A stretch of 64,000 nucleotides of DNA from Podarcis cretensis (Eukaryota), in the NCBI GenBank assembly GCA_951804945.1, contig OX638152.1:26970001-27034000 (forward strand), given 5' to 3'. This document shows, piece by piece, positions 62,860 to 64,000 of the stretch (its first letter is position 1; each line of letters begins with the position of its first letter). The notes under the pieces were generated by a model. The model was not told the DNA's origin and made no database searches. It worked only from the letters and a program-made list of their open reading frames with translations. Position numbers and translations under genes: made by a program.

Positions 62860-64000
62860 TAGCTACCATTAAAATCTACTTTACATCTGAACGGATGCCA
62901 TCAAGATAATGAGGGGAAACTTTGAGGCAGGAGGCAGACAAGGATGGCCAGTTTTTGTCATTGCCCACTAGGATTGTATTCTTTCAACTTTTATTAAGCA
63001 AATAAGCAAAGTGGGAAATAGGCAGGAAACTCTGAACAATAAAACCATTGGAATTATAGGAATTGCTCATCTCAAAGCCCCCCTCCCTTCTCCATTAGAT
63101 GACATTGGATTAAAAGCCTTAGATTCTCAATGTTTAGTCAGCTCTCCTAGCTCCAACAAAAAATTTACTCAGAACTCTCAAAGCTCCAATGAAAATTCTA
63201 CTCAGTGCCCTCCGGGAATCCAAAAACCATTTTGCCTGAAGGACAGGTATACCTTTCTTTCCCCTTCTCCATTTCTTAACTTGCTTTCACTGTGGTTTCC
63301 ATGGCAAAATTGCCACACTTACTTTCCTGTAGGCTTATGGGGATAGTTAGATTTTTCACTCTTTAGATCAAGGTGTGTATGCATTGTAGGATTTGCTACC
63401 TGCTTTATTTTTGCTGTCTGAAGCAGCCTTTATATATATTCTGTCACTTTCATTTCATATAATAAACCAAGCTTTATTTATTCCTTTTGTGTAATAACTT
63501 CTTGTGGGCATAAGGTTACTAGATACTTCACAAATGATAAAAAATGAAAAATAATTAAAAAATGAAAACGTATGAGATTTTTACAGAGCTAATGGGCAAG
63601 TTGGAGAAAGAATGACCAATTAAAATTTATCACTAATCACCTAGCAAAAGGAAGATGGCCAGCCCTGTTAACACTTACTCCCAGGTAGAGACAAGCAGTA
63701 TTGCCTTCAATCAAGTCCTTATGACTTTCCTTGCAATCTGAGACAGATTCCAGATGGGAGAACTTCTCCTATATAATAAAACTGCAGATGGCCAACATTA
63801 TGCTAGTGCTAGTTATGTATATTTCTCATCCAATGAAAATGATTGGCCGATGATTCAGGACAGACAAAAAGAAGTTACTTCTTCACACAACACCTAATTA
63901 GTTTATGAAATTCACCACCACAGGATGTGGGGATGGGATGGCCAGTAGCTTTAAACAGGGATTCAACAAATTCACAGTCTATAAGTAACAATGGACACTT

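Noticed and set aside
59681-64000. FLT1 exon 17 (juxtamembrane) or soluble-FLT1 terminal exons
   Set aside because: No YLSIIMDPDE/LPYDASKWEF-like sequence found by eye; presumably beyond the window

Overview
Vertebrate (squamate, most likely lacertid lizard, judged from Sauria/Squam1 and Squam3-type SINEs and Bov-B) genomic DNA with two convergent genes. On the + strand is the 3' part of PAN3 (15 coding exons, equivalent to human exons 5-19, 3796-34420, then a ~2.8 kb 3'UTR). On the - strand is the 3' part of FLT1/VEGFR1 (13 coding exons, equivalent to human exons 18-30, 59680 down to 40306, with 3'UTR to ~38535). All exons were rebuilt by hand from splice sites and reading frame, and they join in phase. 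Introns carry SINEs, CR1/L1/L2/RTE fragments, Tc1/mariner-Tigger and hAT MITEs, and microsatellites; there is one 137-N assembly gap. Most interesting observations: (1) a candidate unannotated alternative first exon of PAN3 (5315-5392) that splices in frame directly onto the PAM2 motif; (2) a 1.15 kb non-coding L1-mobilised retroelement with a 17-bp TSD that starts with a CTCF + YY1 module; (3) an inverted MITE pair bracketing PAN3 exons 7-9, predicting a 411-nt stop-free circRNA; (4) a palindromic bidirectional poly(A) signal between PAN3 and FLT1; (5) a GC-AG intron and a transposon-borne candidate poison exon in FLT1. Nearly all entries in the supplied ORF track are spurious. Exon numbering and comparisons to human are from recalled orthologue sequences, not from a search.
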